Source of the DNA: an uncultured Acidobacteriota bacterium
GTDB lineage: Bacteria; Acidobacteriota; Terriglobia; Acidiferrales; UBA7541
Direction: 5' to 3'
DNA length: 64,000 nucleotides
NCBI GenBank assembly: GCA_963702375.1
Contig: CAVPCI010000005.1
Location: 134,858-198,857, forward strand
Of the stretch, positions 21,792 through 31,122 are shown in pieces. A program made the position numbers and the translations under genes. The notes beneath the pieces were generated by a model that did no database searches, was not told the DNA's origin, and was given only the letters and a program-made list of their open reading frames with translations. Position 1 is the stretch's first letter. Every line of letters starts with the position of its first letter.

Positions 21792-22565
21792 CTAGAGCTT
21801 GCGATACAGCGATTCCGGAATCGGAAACGTACGCTTGTTGAGCACTGCGCCCAGGACCTGGACGTGTGAAGCACGCAAGCTCTCTGAGACTTTAATAGCC
21901 GCGTCCCGCCGAGTGGAACCCGCTTCCAGGACTAACACCAAGCCGTCGCTCAGCTGCCCGAGCGTCAAGGCGTCTGCATATGGAGTGAGCGGTGGAGCAT
22001 CCATGAGCACAAACTCAAACTCTTTGCGCAGTTCTGCGAGTCGGATTTTGAGGTGTCCTGAACTAAGGAGATTGAGAGAGTCACCCGCTAGTGATCCACA
22101 CGAGAGTAACCACAGGCGCTCACCCCAAACCGGCTTTGCGAAAGACCGAATGGGCCCTGCGTTCAGCAGGGAATCAGTAAGTCCGTGATGGTTCGTGGTG
22201 CCAAACGATGTCGAAAGCGCGGGCGATCGCAGATTCGTTTCAACCAAGCAGACCGGTCCGTGAACGCTATTTGCAAGGATCTGTGCGGCCCGAGCACAAA
22301 TTTCCGTGCAGCCGTTGCCGTGGTCTACACCCGCAAACACGACCACGCGGGGAGGCCTTTGCGTTTGCAATAAAAAAATCTGTTGCACCAGTCTCAGGAC
22401 CTCGGCGCCAGTCACCTCATTGAGGTCGAGGGCAGTCACCCCCCGTGGGGCACTCCTTTCATGGGCGTCGTTGTTCCCGATGGGCAGTGTCACCTCGGCA
22501 ACAACGCCCGCACGAAATACGCTGTCTTTGCCAGCCTTCTGCATCAATTCGAAGTTTTTACTCAT
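21792..22565 (-). CDS. BY-kinase-like P-loop protein (CpsD/CapB, PEP-CTERM-locus type) with degenerate Walker A and A'
   Basis: The ATG at 22565 forms an ATGA overlap with the upstream stop. Walker-A position reads GVDHGNGCT (no Lys). A'-like reads LVETNLRSP (canonical DxD absent). Walker B FVLMDAPP is kept. The C-terminus has one Tyr only. Confidence 0.65.
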   Translation of the reverse strand: MSKNFELMQKAGKDSVFRAGVVAEVTLPIGNNDAHERSAPRGVTALDLNEVTGAEVLRLVQQIFLLQTQRPPRVVVFAGVDHGNGCTEICARAAQILANSVHGPVCLVETNLRSPALSTSFGTTNHHGLTDSLLNAGPIRSFAKPVWGERLWLLSCGSLAGDSLNLLSSGHLKIRLAELRKEFEFVLMDAPPLTPYADALTLGQLSDGLVLVLEAGSTRRDAAIKVSESLRASHVQVLGAVLNKRTFPIPESLYRKL

Positions 22566-23851
22566 TGTTCCCCGGGTCCCGCGGCTGAAGCACTGGAACG
22601 TTGGACTTCTCCCGGGCTCGTTGTTAGGGTGGTTGCTTGAGTCTGGCCAAAGCGAATACGGTTGGAATGCTCGAACCAAGAGCGAAGACTTCGCAGTTCC
22701 CCCATCAGTTCAGGACCATGAGGGACGAGTTTCGCAATGCTCGCGCGAGAGAGACGCTGATTGAGTGTTAGGCGCGGTGAATCGCTTGCCTTTCCGCTAG
22801 GGGCGCTCCCGACCGCAGTAGGCGAGGCCACCGCAATGTCCGCCGATAGCTCCGCAGGTTTTAATCTGCTCCGATTGGCGTGGATTATGGCTAAGCTCGA
22901 TGCAACCAGGAGCGCACCCGTGACGGCAATCTTTAAGGCTGAGCGACCGAAATTAGATTGGTTCTTGCCAATCGAGAGAGTCGCTGGCGGCGCACTTGTT
23001 TGGTTTTCAGCCGGCTTCTCCGGGGTAACAGGTTTTTCCCTCAACGGTTCGAGATCCAGGTCCGCAATAACGTTCACGATTATGGAACGGTCGATAGTCT
23101 CGCGGCTTAGGGCGCATCCAAGTGACAGAGCGTTGAAACAGAGATTATTGATGTTGCGAGGGATGCCTTCGCTATGCTGAGCGATCAACTTCCGCGACGC
23201 AGGAGTAAACAGAGACGGATTATTGCAACCCGCGACCCACAACCGACGATCGATGTAAGCATTCACCTCCTCTTCAGTAAACGGATCGATCCGGATAACC
23301 ATAGAAACACGCTGCCGAAGCTGAGCCATTGACGGACTAGCCAGCCGATCGGCGAGTTGGGGCTGTCCGGCAAGGACAATTTGCATCAACTTCATCCAGG
23401 GAGTTTCAAAATTCGAAAGTAATCGGACGGACTCAAGGACTTTTTCTTCCATATTCTGCGCCTCGTCAACTACCAAAACGAAACGCCGCCCCGCGTTCAT
23501 CTCCTCCGTCAGAATCCTGTTCAGCTTATCGTGCATCCCCGGCAGATCCATCGCTGCAACATCAATGCCGAGATCAAGAAGAATGTGGCGGATGAACTCT
23601 CGCGAGTCGCAGTCAGTCCGAAATACATAAGCCGTGCGAGCCTTGTCCCGCAGGTAATCAAGATAATGATAGAGCAAGGAAGTTTTTCCCATCCCCGGCT
23701 TCGCAATAAGAGCTAAGAACCCCCGATCGGTTTCCGTGCCATAAACGAGCGACGCCAGCGCCTCCTGGTGCTTACTTCCCAGGTAGAGAAACCGCGAGTC
23801 GGGAGTGACCCCGAAGGGCTGCTCTGAAAGCTTGTAGTAATCTAAGAACAT
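22562..23851 (-). CDS. ExeA/GspA-like AAA ATPase (PEP-CTERM-locus secretion ATPase type) with a C-terminal TM segment and extension
   Basis: 429 aa with MFLDYYKLSEQPFGVTPDSRFLY, Walker A KPGMGKTSL and Walker B VLVVDEAQN, then a TM helix (ALKIAVTGALLVASSLAII). Confidence 0.8.
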   Translation of the reverse strand: MFLDYYKLSEQPFGVTPDSRFLYLGSKHQEALASLVYGTETDRGFLALIAKPGMGKTSLLYHYLDYLRDKARTAYVFRTDCDSREFIRHILLDLGIDVAAMDLPGMHDKLNRILTEEMNAGRRFVLVVDEAQNMEEKVLESVRLLSNFETPWMKLMQIVLAGQPQLADRLASPSMAQLRQRVSMVIRIDPFTEEEVNAYIDRRLWVAGCNNPSLFTPASRKLIAQHSEGIPRNINNLCFNALSLGCALSRETIDRSIIVNVIADLDLEPLREKPVTPEKPAENQTSAPPATLSIGKNQSNFGRSALKIAVTGALLVASSLAIIHANRSRLKPAELSADIAVASPTAVGSAPSGKASDSPRLTLNQRLSRASIAKLVPHGPELMGELRSLRSWFEHSNRIRFGQTQATTLTTSPGEVQRSSASAAGPGEQ

Positions 23852-23907
23852 TTGTGATCGAGTTCTCCGCCAAAACGCAAAATCGCGACGATAGACACAG
23901 TTCGGGA

Positions 23908-24645
23908 CTACGGGGTTATGTACGATCCAGCGTTGCCTCCGATCGAATATGGAACATACTTACGAAAATTCGTTATGAACTTTTCGGGCACAAATATCAT
24001 ATCTCCCGGCAACAGCTGCGCGTCCTCGTTTGCCTTCTTTCCGTGCAAGATGTCCTTGAGGCTAAGTTTCTTGACCTCAACCCAGTCAGACGACACGCGG
24101 TGAAACAGAAAGACCTGCGTTTTGGCCGTGGGCGCAAATCCACCGGCGATTGCAATTGCTTCCGAGACCGTGGTGTCATGTCGCAAATCATATTGCCCAG
24201 GCTTACCTACTTGGCCCGAGACTATGAAAAACGGCTTCTGAAAATCAACCAAAGTGACATTGATTATCGGGTCGTGAAGTATGCCTGAGTAGGCTTTCTT
24301 CATGGCCTGGACAATTTCTGGGACAGTCATTCCCTGAACGTGCAAGCTGCCAGCACCCTCAAGATCGATGTAACCGTCTGGCTGCACAACAACGGAGCAA
24401 CTGGTCGTCGTCGTGCAGCCGGACGGTTGGTTGAATTCCGGAGAGAGAGGAAACGAGATTAAAAGGCCGTCGTCAGGCTGAACTTTGTATCGGGGATTTC
24501 GCGGCTCTAGCGCAGGGTCGACAGAACCAGACTTGCTCGAAACTTGGGCAGGAGTTGAAGTGTTTGGCGCCTGACAAAGAGCGGCCGGCACGACAACTAG
24601 AGCAATGATTACAACGAATGGTCCTAACGATTTTGCTCGATACAT
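23908..24645 (-). CDS. small Wza-family polysaccharide export protein (Poly_export + one SLBB)
   Basis: 245 aa: signal peptide, YKVQPDDGLLISF, VVVQPDGYIDLEGAGSLHVQGMT and IFVPEK. Confidence 0.8.
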   Translation of the reverse strand: MYRAKSLGPFVVIIALVVVPAALCQAPNTSTPAQVSSKSGSVDPALEPRNPRYKVQPDDGLLISFPLSPEFNQPSGCTTTTSCSVVVQPDGYIDLEGAGSLHVQGMTVPEIVQAMKKAYSGILHDPIINVTLVDFQKPFFIVSGQVGKPGQYDLRHDTTVSEAIAIAGGFAPTAKTQVFLFHRVSSDWVEVKKLSLKDILHGKKANEDAQLLPGDMIFVPEKFITNFRKYVPYSIGGNAGSYITP

Positions 24646-24692
24646 TGGCCCTACCCCTGGTCGCCAGTTTGGTAGCTTTTCATACTGACATG

Positions 24693-25082
24693 CTATTGCA
24701 GCCTCCTGGGATTCACGACCGTCGGTCCGCTGGCAGATTCCGTCCGAAATGCGACTGCAGCGGCAAACCCCTTCGGGATTCCATGTTCTCGATCGACTCG
24801 TAACACGGTCCCTTCGCCATGCAGTTGCACGGAACCTCTGCCCCGTTCCAAAGAGGGTAAGTAAACTTCCAACTCAAGGTGAACTCCCGGCTGCGGCGCG
24901 ACGTCTCCGGTTACGAAGACCCCAGCCGCGCTTATGTCTCGAATCGTTCCTTTTCCTTCTTGTAGCAACCCATCCGGTCGCTCCCACAAGAAAGAAACAG
25001 GCGCTCGAAGTCGATAACGCGTCGACATTCTAAGTTCCACCGCCACACCGGAAGGACATGACAAGCTCAAACTTTCCCTCAA
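24693..25082 (-). CDS. PilZ-domain protein (probable c-di-GMP receptor), first gene of locus I
   Basis: RYRLR (RxxxR) and DISAAG (DxSxxG) at canonical spacing. It lies 47 nt upstream of the exporter gene. The start is either 25082 or the internal ATG at 25028. Confidence 0.75.
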   Translation of the reverse strand: MRESLSLSCPSGVAVELRMSTRYRLRAPVSFLWERPDGLLQEGKGTIRDISAAGVFVTGDVAPQPGVHLELEVYLPSLERGRGSVQLHGEGTVLRVDREHGIPKGFAAAVAFRTESASGPTVVNPRRLQ

Positions 25083-25416
25083 AGGGAGCTCATTTGCGGA
25101 CGCGTATGCGACGCCCTCAGACTAGGTGTGAACCAAAACAGCTACAAGAGTCAGAACGTTTGGATGCTTGAGTTCTCTGGTTCTCACGTATTGCGAGCAA
25201 GGCGGCCCCGGAGACTTGCAGACCCTTAAGCGGAAAACGCACAAACTTTAGTTGGAGATGACCATGATCCGCCGGGGTCGGCCTAGATACAAAAGACTAG
25301 GAGAAGAACCACTCTATGCCCCACGGTTTCGGCTGGATGCCGCCAGTCCCCAGCGTAAATGTGTCTAAAGATAAAACAATGACTTAGAATCAATAGGAAT
25401 CATCCAAAATCGCGAA

Positions 25417-25446
25417 TTGACAAGAAAGTCTATCGGAACGTAGGAT
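25417..25446 (+). promoter_or_regulatory. sigma70-like promoter candidate for the LuxR-type regulator
   Basis: TTGACA, 18-nt spacer, TAGGAT, read directly. It lies ~70 nt upstream of the 25518 start. Confidence 0.35.
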
Positions 25447-25517
25447 CGTTACTGTTTAGCTTCAGACCCTGTTGTTGAAAAAGCAAGTCCAGCCCTTGCA
25501 GACCGGCGTGGTGACAT

Positions 25518-26261
25518 GTGAGAACAACGTGCAGCTCGGGCGGAATCCCTATCAGTGTAACTATAGCAGATGTTAATTTGATGGCTGCTCGTCTGCTGAG
25601 TGATCAATTCAAGCGTCATTCTGATTTTACGGTGGTTTCCTGCGCCGTCGATAGAGATTCGTTGCTAAGGTCAGCGCGGGAAACTAAGGCAGACGTCGCC
25701 ATCATCAGCGCTGACCTACAAGACGGGCTGTTGGGCGGTCTCGCTGCGCTTCGAGAAATTCGTCAGATAAATCCTGATCTGCGGCCTATTCTCCTACTCG
25801 ACCGATCTGAGCCGCACCTGGTGGTCGAGGCCATGCGTGCGGGCGCGCGAGGAGTTTTTTCGCGAAGCGACTTCGCTTTTGTCTCATTACGTAAGTGTAT
25901 CCGTCGAGTTTTTGAGGGGCAAATCTGGATAGGGAACACAGAGCTGCAATACCTGATCGACGCTCTAACCCAGTCGCGACCGTTGCGCGTCGTAAATGCG
26001 GACGGGTTGAATCTCCTTAGCCGACGGGAGGAAGAAGTCATGCGCTTGGTTGCCGAGGGGTTGGGAAATCGCGACATTGCAGATCTGCTGAATCTGAGCG
26101 AGCACACGGTCAAGAACTATCTCTTCCACATCTTCGATAAATTGGGGATTTCAAACCGCGTAGAACTCGTCTTATATGCAGTCAGCAATCCGAAAACGGC
26201 CCTGCCCGCACCTTCTGAGCAAGAAAAGTCTCCGCTTAATACCGCCGACCTAAACGTGTAG
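25518..26261 (+). CDS. NarL/FixJ-type response regulator (receiver + LuxR HTH) with an atypical receiver
   Basis: The C-terminus reads LSRREEEVMRLVAEGLGNRDIADLLNLSEHTVKNYLFHIFDKLGISNRVEL. The receiver keeps the acceptor Asp (IISADL). It has AD for DD, LLLD where T/S is expected, and GVFSR where K is expected. Confidence 0.75.
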   Translation: MRTTCSSGGIPISVTIADVNLMAARLLSDQFKRHSDFTVVSCAVDRDSLLRSARETKADVAIISADLQDGLLGGLAALREIRQINPDLRPILLLDRSEPHLVVEAMRAGARGVFSRSDFAFVSLRKCIRRVFEGQIWIGNTELQYLIDALTQSRPLRVVNADGLNLLSRREEEVMRLVAEGLGNRDIADLLNLSEHTVKNYLFHIFDKLGISNRVELVLYAVSNPKTALPAPSEQEKSPLNTADLNV

Positions 26262-26702
26262 AGAGCGTCTGGTTGCGACATTTTATCCGCATCGAAAATG
26301 ACCCACCTCCCGAGCTTTTTTTTGCCTTTGCCAACTTGCAAAAAAGGGTTTTCAAAGAGCATGACACTTAGAACTTTTGTTCGCAGGGATGGTCCCAGCT
26401 TCGCAGTATGAAAAGAAGTGAGCTAGCATTTGGCGAGTTGGAGAGGCATCTGTACTGTATCGGTCACGCGCGCGCAGTAAAAAACCAAGAATTGCAGCAT
26501 GTCCGGGATCCCGCCTTAAGCGGGACGGCCAGGAGATTCGGGACCCAAGACCCAAGAGGGAACCCCGCGGATTTGCCGGCCCTAATGGAGCAACGTTGAG
26601 CAGGAGAAAGAATGCGAGAAATTGCTGAGATGTCGCCGTGAGGCGTTGTTGAGGGCTGCGAGCCGGCGTCCGAGGTCGAACCCTACATGCACTCCTTGCT
26701 CG

Positions 26703-28094
26703 TCAATACGCATTTCTCCCAACGAGGACAGACAAAATTGTCAGGGCAATGATTCGTAGATCCAAGCCGAAAGTCCAATTCTGAAGATAGTACAGATCAT
26801 ACTGGACGCGCTTTTCGATCGAGGTGTCTCCGCGCCATCCGTTCACCTGTGCCCAACCGGTCATTCCAACCTTCATGCAGTGGCGACGGTTGTATCGCCC
26901 GATCTCCAGTAGGAACTGCGCCACGAAGTGGGGACGTTCCGGGCGTGGCCCCACGACACTCATATCTCCCTTGAAGACGTTTATAAATTGAGGCAACTCA
27001 TCCAGGCTTGTCTTCCGCAAGAATGTTCCGAGCGGAGTTCGTCGGGGATCTTCTTCCGTCGTCCAGCGGGTGTCGCTATCAAGAGATGAGTCTATTTTCA
27101 TAGTACGAAACTTGTACATCCGAAACGGCTGGCCATTTAGGCCGATCCGCTCTTGCGTGAAGAAGATCGGGCCCGGTGAGGTTAGCCGGATCACCAGGGC
27201 GATCAAACCCATGAGCGGGGCGGTGATAATAAGAGCGGCGGCCGAAAAGCAGATATCAAAAGCCCGCTTCAGCAAAACGTAGTCAGGAAGATCGGCAGGA
27301 GTCGCGGTGAGGTCAAGCATCTGCATCCGCCCCAGCTGAAATAAGCGCTCCCGCACGACGATCCCCTCGCCCAAATCCACAATGGCGCGTATGGGCACCG
27401 ATAGCTTCTCCAGTGACTTAATAATCGTGGGAATCTGCGAAAACTGAGCAGGATGAACGGCCATCACCGCTTCATCCACTCCGGCGCCGGAGTACAGTTG
27501 GCTTACATGTTCCAGTTCGAAAGTGGGAATATCCCCTGCAACGATTTCCTGGCCCGGCAGCCGCACGTAGGCAACGACTTGACAGTGTGCGAAGGAAAGC
27601 CTTGTAAGCCGTGAGGCTGCAGAGTGAGCGAAGGCGTCGGCTCCGACGATCAAAATTCGCGTGGGACGCCCCACACTCAATTTTTGACGGTACACGGAGC
27701 GAAAAATCGCGTGCAACAAGAGGGTAAGGACGAGCATGGCAATGATGCAGGAAACGAACAGACCGCGCGGGAAAACGTCGTTCCGACCGAAATAGAGCGC
27801 GCCGACGAGCAGGACAGCGGTGGCCAAGTTGGCCGACCAGGCGGCTCTAGCGCCGGTTCGTTCCCTAAAGAGCTCGTCGACATTGGTGACCTTGTAATGC
27901 TCCGCCATGAAGGCCCAGACGAATGTACCAATAAAAACAGGGCTGAAGTGACCGCTAAGGCCGTACATGACCGGGCGTCCGACCAGAACCATGGAGGCGG
28001 CCCAAATATGCCAGCCAACCTCAAAGGCGAGCAAAGGGAGCAGGTAGACCGCCCCTTTCAGAATCAGCCGATAAATCTTTAAGCGGAGCAGCAT
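26703..28094 (-). CDS. second large polyprenyl-phosphate glycosyl-1-phosphate transferase (WbaP/WcaJ type)
   Basis: 463 aa with KRAFDICFSAAALI...PIFFTQERIGLNG...KFRTM...DELPQFINVFKGDMSVVGPRP. Last gene of locus II. Confidence 0.85.
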   Translation of the reverse strand: MLLRLKIYRLILKGAVYLLPLLAFEVGWHIWAASMVLVGRPVMYGLSGHFSPVFIGTFVWAFMAEHYKVTNVDELFRERTGARAAWSANLATAVLLVGALYFGRNDVFPRGLFVSCIIAMLVLTLLLHAIFRSVYRQKLSVGRPTRILIVGADAFAHSAASRLTRLSFAHCQVVAYVRLPGQEIVAGDIPTFELEHVSQLYSGAGVDEAVMAVHPAQFSQIPTIIKSLEKLSVPIRAIVDLGEGIVVRERLFQLGRMQMLDLTATPADLPDYVLLKRAFDICFSAAALIITAPLMGLIALVIRLTSPGPIFFTQERIGLNGQPFRMYKFRTMKIDSSLDSDTRWTTEEDPRRTPLGTFLRKTSLDELPQFINVFKGDMSVVGPRPERPHFVAQFLLEIGRYNRRHCMKVGMTGWAQVNGWRGDTSIEKRVQYDLYYLQNWTFGLDLRIIALTILSVLVGRNAY

Positions 28095-28258
28095 TGGGAG
28101 GACTCCTTTCCGCCTATGAGTTCGTCACGAAAACAGCCACCGCCTCACAGTAACGTGTGATGCAGGAGCGCGGTAGAAAGACTGCCACCTACCTAAGTCC
28201 TTTAAAACGCTAACACGAATAACCAATCACCCGCGAAAAAAATAGAATATGGAGCCTA

Positions 28259-29161
28259 CTAATCATCAAAGAGATGATTCTGGCTCAGCCTCCTTTTCAG
28301 GGCAAGCGGCAGAAACCGCTCGCGACGACCCAACTCGATGGCCACATACTTCCCGATCGCTTCAAGAACGGACGCCCCCTCCCCGGCCGTTCTCCGGCGA
28401 TCAAATTTTCGGCGCAACATCTGCCATCCATCACGTCGAAGGGATTGACGGGATCGATGACTCCAGATTCCCAACCGTTGGTAGACGACGCCGATGTCAA
28501 AATAGCGCCTGAAGAGCGCTCCGGATGCGAAATCGTGCGAGTGATACACGGCAGCGCGGGGCTCATAGACGATGCTCCAGCCTGACTGAAGAATTCTGGT
28601 TGCGATTCCGACGTCCTCAAAGACCTTGAGGTCATCCGGGAACTGGTTGGCCTTCCATACGCTTCTGCGGATAGCCGCATTCACGCTTGAAAAGTGATAG
28701 TGCTTATACCCGAGTTTCGCTTCGTCTCCCGGGCGCTTCAGCAAACGTGCCTCACCATAGAGGTTAGCAAAAACCTGCTCACGCTCCGACCCGGCGCCTG
28801 GTTTTGCCAACTGCCGGCCGTAAACCGCACCGACCGATGAATCCTGGAAATTATCCAACAAGGCAGCAAGCCACGCGGGGGAAGAAGGAATGGCGTCCTG
28901 GGACAAGAACACCAGAAATTCGCCGCTCGCAAGACCGGCGGCAAAATTTCGTGTCCGAGCATGGTGAAATGTCGCGGGAGGAATTTGTTCGATCCGGACT
29001 GGATAACTCCGGACGATCTCGAGCGTGGCATCCGTTGAACCCGAGTCCACGACAACGACCTCGATCGAACCCACGTCTTTCTGGGAAAAGACGGCTTCTA
29101 GGCAGGCCGGAAGATCACCCGCTCCGTTCTTCGTAGGAATGAGAATAGATGCCTCAATCAA
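28259..29161 (-). CDS. glycosyltransferase family 2
   Basis: 300 aa with ASILIPTKNGAGDLPACLEAV...VVVDSGSTD...LSQDA. Confidence 0.8.
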   Translation of the reverse strand: MIEASILIPTKNGAGDLPACLEAVFSQKDVGSIEVVVVDSGSTDATLEIVRSYPVRIEQIPPATFHHARTRNFAAGLASGEFLVFLSQDAIPSSPAWLAALLDNFQDSSVGAVYGRQLAKPGAGSEREQVFANLYGEARLLKRPGDEAKLGYKHYHFSSVNAAIRRSVWKANQFPDDLKVFEDVGIATRILQSGWSIVYEPRAAVYHSHDFASGALFRRYFDIGVVYQRLGIWSHRSRQSLRRDGWQMLRRKFDRRRTAGEGASVLEAIGKYVAIELGRRERFLPLALKRRLSQNHLFDD

Positions 29162-29617
29162 GCGATCACGACCGAAATTGCCCGTCGAAAGGTGGCCTGG
29201 GATTTACAGAACCCTCGTGCTGAAGGTCCTTGCGGCTGTTGCAGGGCGGCACTGTTTACCGTAGCACGAAAATAGCAACATTCCAATGATGCCCAGATGC
29301 GCCCATCCGATACTACCCGATTCGATCCTCACCTGTCAGCAGAGGGACACTCCCCTTTATTCGATTGGCGCCATCGTCCGGTGGATCGCGCCGATTTTTA
29401 TGCTTTAAACTTCCGCGATATATAATTCCGCTTTCTCAGCAACTAGAAATGCGAACATTTCGTGGATGAAACGACAATGCATGCCTGGGAGCAACCATCA
29501 ATGATCGTCAAATCAGGATTGCCGGAGCTGCTTCACCGGGGTCGGATTGGGGCAGGGCAGAGAGGCCTGGCTTGCCTGTACCGCGGAAAATGGGGATTGG
29601 ACACCCCTGCGAGAGTT

Positions 29618-31096
29618 ATGACCACCGTGCTGTTGCTGTCTTCTTTTCTGACGTTAGCAAAAGCCCAGGCTGCTCATCCCCTGGACAGCAGGGCGCCCAG
29701 GCAATCGACTAAGAATGAGGATCCGGGTTTCAACGGCCGCCAATCGCGAACGGATATTCCTACTGGGCAGATACGGTGCAAGAATCTTGAAAAGATTCGG
29801 TGCGTTGACGGTGGGGCATCCGGATATCCCACCCTACAAGCTGCGCTCTCCGGGCTGGACCACGGGACGATCCTGATCAGCGACGGGTTCAGGGAAACCA
29901 TCACGGACCCAATCCTACTTCGAAACGTGCGCGTGATGGTTATGCCTGACGCCGCGCTTACAATTGGGACCGGCGGTAGCATTACGCTCTCGAATGAGGC
30001 TTTCTGGGACGGGCCTGGATCAACGCTGCGCGTCAAGAAAACATCCGGAGACGCGGTTATTGTCGTCGGGGGCTGGATAACCCTGAACCTTGAAAGGCTC
30101 GTTGGACCGCGAAGCGGAACCGGCAACGGCCTGGTATTCAGGGGCGGCGAGTTCAGCAGAGCCACCATAAACGAAATATCGGGATTCTCTGGGGGTGACG
30201 GCGTTCTGTTCACAGGCATTGGCGCCGCGCAGAACACAGTGGAGAATGTGGTGTACGTGGAGGGTAACGTCTCCAATTCGATCGGAGTTTTCTGGCAAGG
30301 CGAAGCAAGGAGGGGAGATTTCCCGTGCGAGGACAATCGCTACTACGGCGGCCTGGTGATTGGCAATACGACGGCGCAAGTTCGGTTTGGGGATTCCAAT
30401 GCATACGGCGGCTATGAGCCTCAATTCAATAAATTTTACGGAGTCGCGCATTCCACAACTGCCGTAACCGCCGTCGTCTTTGAAAATACGACATTGAACT
30501 GGTTTGAAGGCTCTGCGCTCCTAACTTCCGGAAGTTCCCCATCCATTCGTTTTTCTAACGCCCCAAACAATTTTGTCAATGCGCAACCGGCACAGACGGG
30601 CATTTCGGGCCTACCAAATTCGCTGGTATTTTTCGAGGGTGGCGGTTCGAGGGGTGTGAGTCTCTTTGGAATGAACATCGACAACGAAGGCGGAGACTTC
30701 CTGGTTCGAGACGGTACCACCGACGCGGACTATTGGTGGGAGCGGTTCACACCGAGAGGAAATGTGCAATTCTTCGGCGGCGCAGGCGCTCCCGCAAATC
30801 CGTCGCTCAATGTAAACGGTATATTGAACGCGCGCACCGCGCCGGGAATTTATACGGCGTCCGGCAAGGAACAGAGCGGCGCGCATATTGTTAGCGATCG
30901 TGCAACTCTTTCCGGCCGGACGGTGACGGTGCACTTTTCCAGCGGCGCAATTTTTACCAGTTCGACAAGCTACAGTTGCACGGCGAACGACGACACCAAG
31001 CCGACTCCTATCGAGGTTGTTCAAGATTCCGGATCGAGCGTGACCTTTGCGGGAACCTCAGGGGACTCGTTTCAGTACATTTGCGCGGGCACTTGA
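29618..31096 (+). CDS. secreted hypothetical protein, probably a right-handed beta-helix (pectate-lyase-fold) enzyme
   Basis: I prefer the ATG at 29618 (MTTVLLLSSFLTLAKAQA signal peptide) over the track start at 29462. The sequence is G/N/T/V-rich and repetitive, with an N-terminal YPTLQAALSGLDHGTILISDG block. No catalytic motif recognised. Confidence 0.4.
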   Translation: MTTVLLLSSFLTLAKAQAAHPLDSRAPRQSTKNEDPGFNGRQSRTDIPTGQIRCKNLEKIRCVDGGASGYPTLQAALSGLDHGTILISDGFRETITDPILLRNVRVMVMPDAALTIGTGGSITLSNEAFWDGPGSTLRVKKTSGDAVIVVGGWITLNLERLVGPRSGTGNGLVFRGGEFSRATINEISGFSGGDGVLFTGIGAAQNTVENVVYVEGNVSNSIGVFWQGEARRGDFPCEDNRYYGGLVIGNTTAQVRFGDSNAYGGYEPQFNKFYGVAHSTTAVTAVVFENTTLNWFEGSALLTSGSSPSIRFSNAPNNFVNAQPAQTGISGLPNSLVFFEGGGSRGVSLFGMNIDNEGGDFLVRDGTTDADYWWERFTPRGNVQFFGGAGAPANPSLNVNGILNARTAPGIYTASGKEQSGAHIVSDRATLSGRTVTVHFSSGAIFTSSTSYSCTANDDTKPTPIEVVQDSGSSVTFAGTSGDSFQYICAGT

Positions 31097-31122
31097 TTGG
31101 CGACCGGAGCTTTAATGCGGAG

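Noticed and set aside
26501-26530. Short hairpin (tcccgc-cttaa-gcggga) between the convergent LuxR-type regulator gene and the second transferase, as a bidirectional terminator
   Set aside because: The stem is only 6 bp and there is no flanking T/A tract on either strand. It lies about 240 nt from the regulator stop. The evidence is too weak to annotate.
29462-29617. 52-aa N-terminal extension of the beta-helix protein as given in the ORF track
   Set aside because: The internal ATG at 29618 is followed immediately by a textbook signal peptide. The extension has no membrane or secretion logic.
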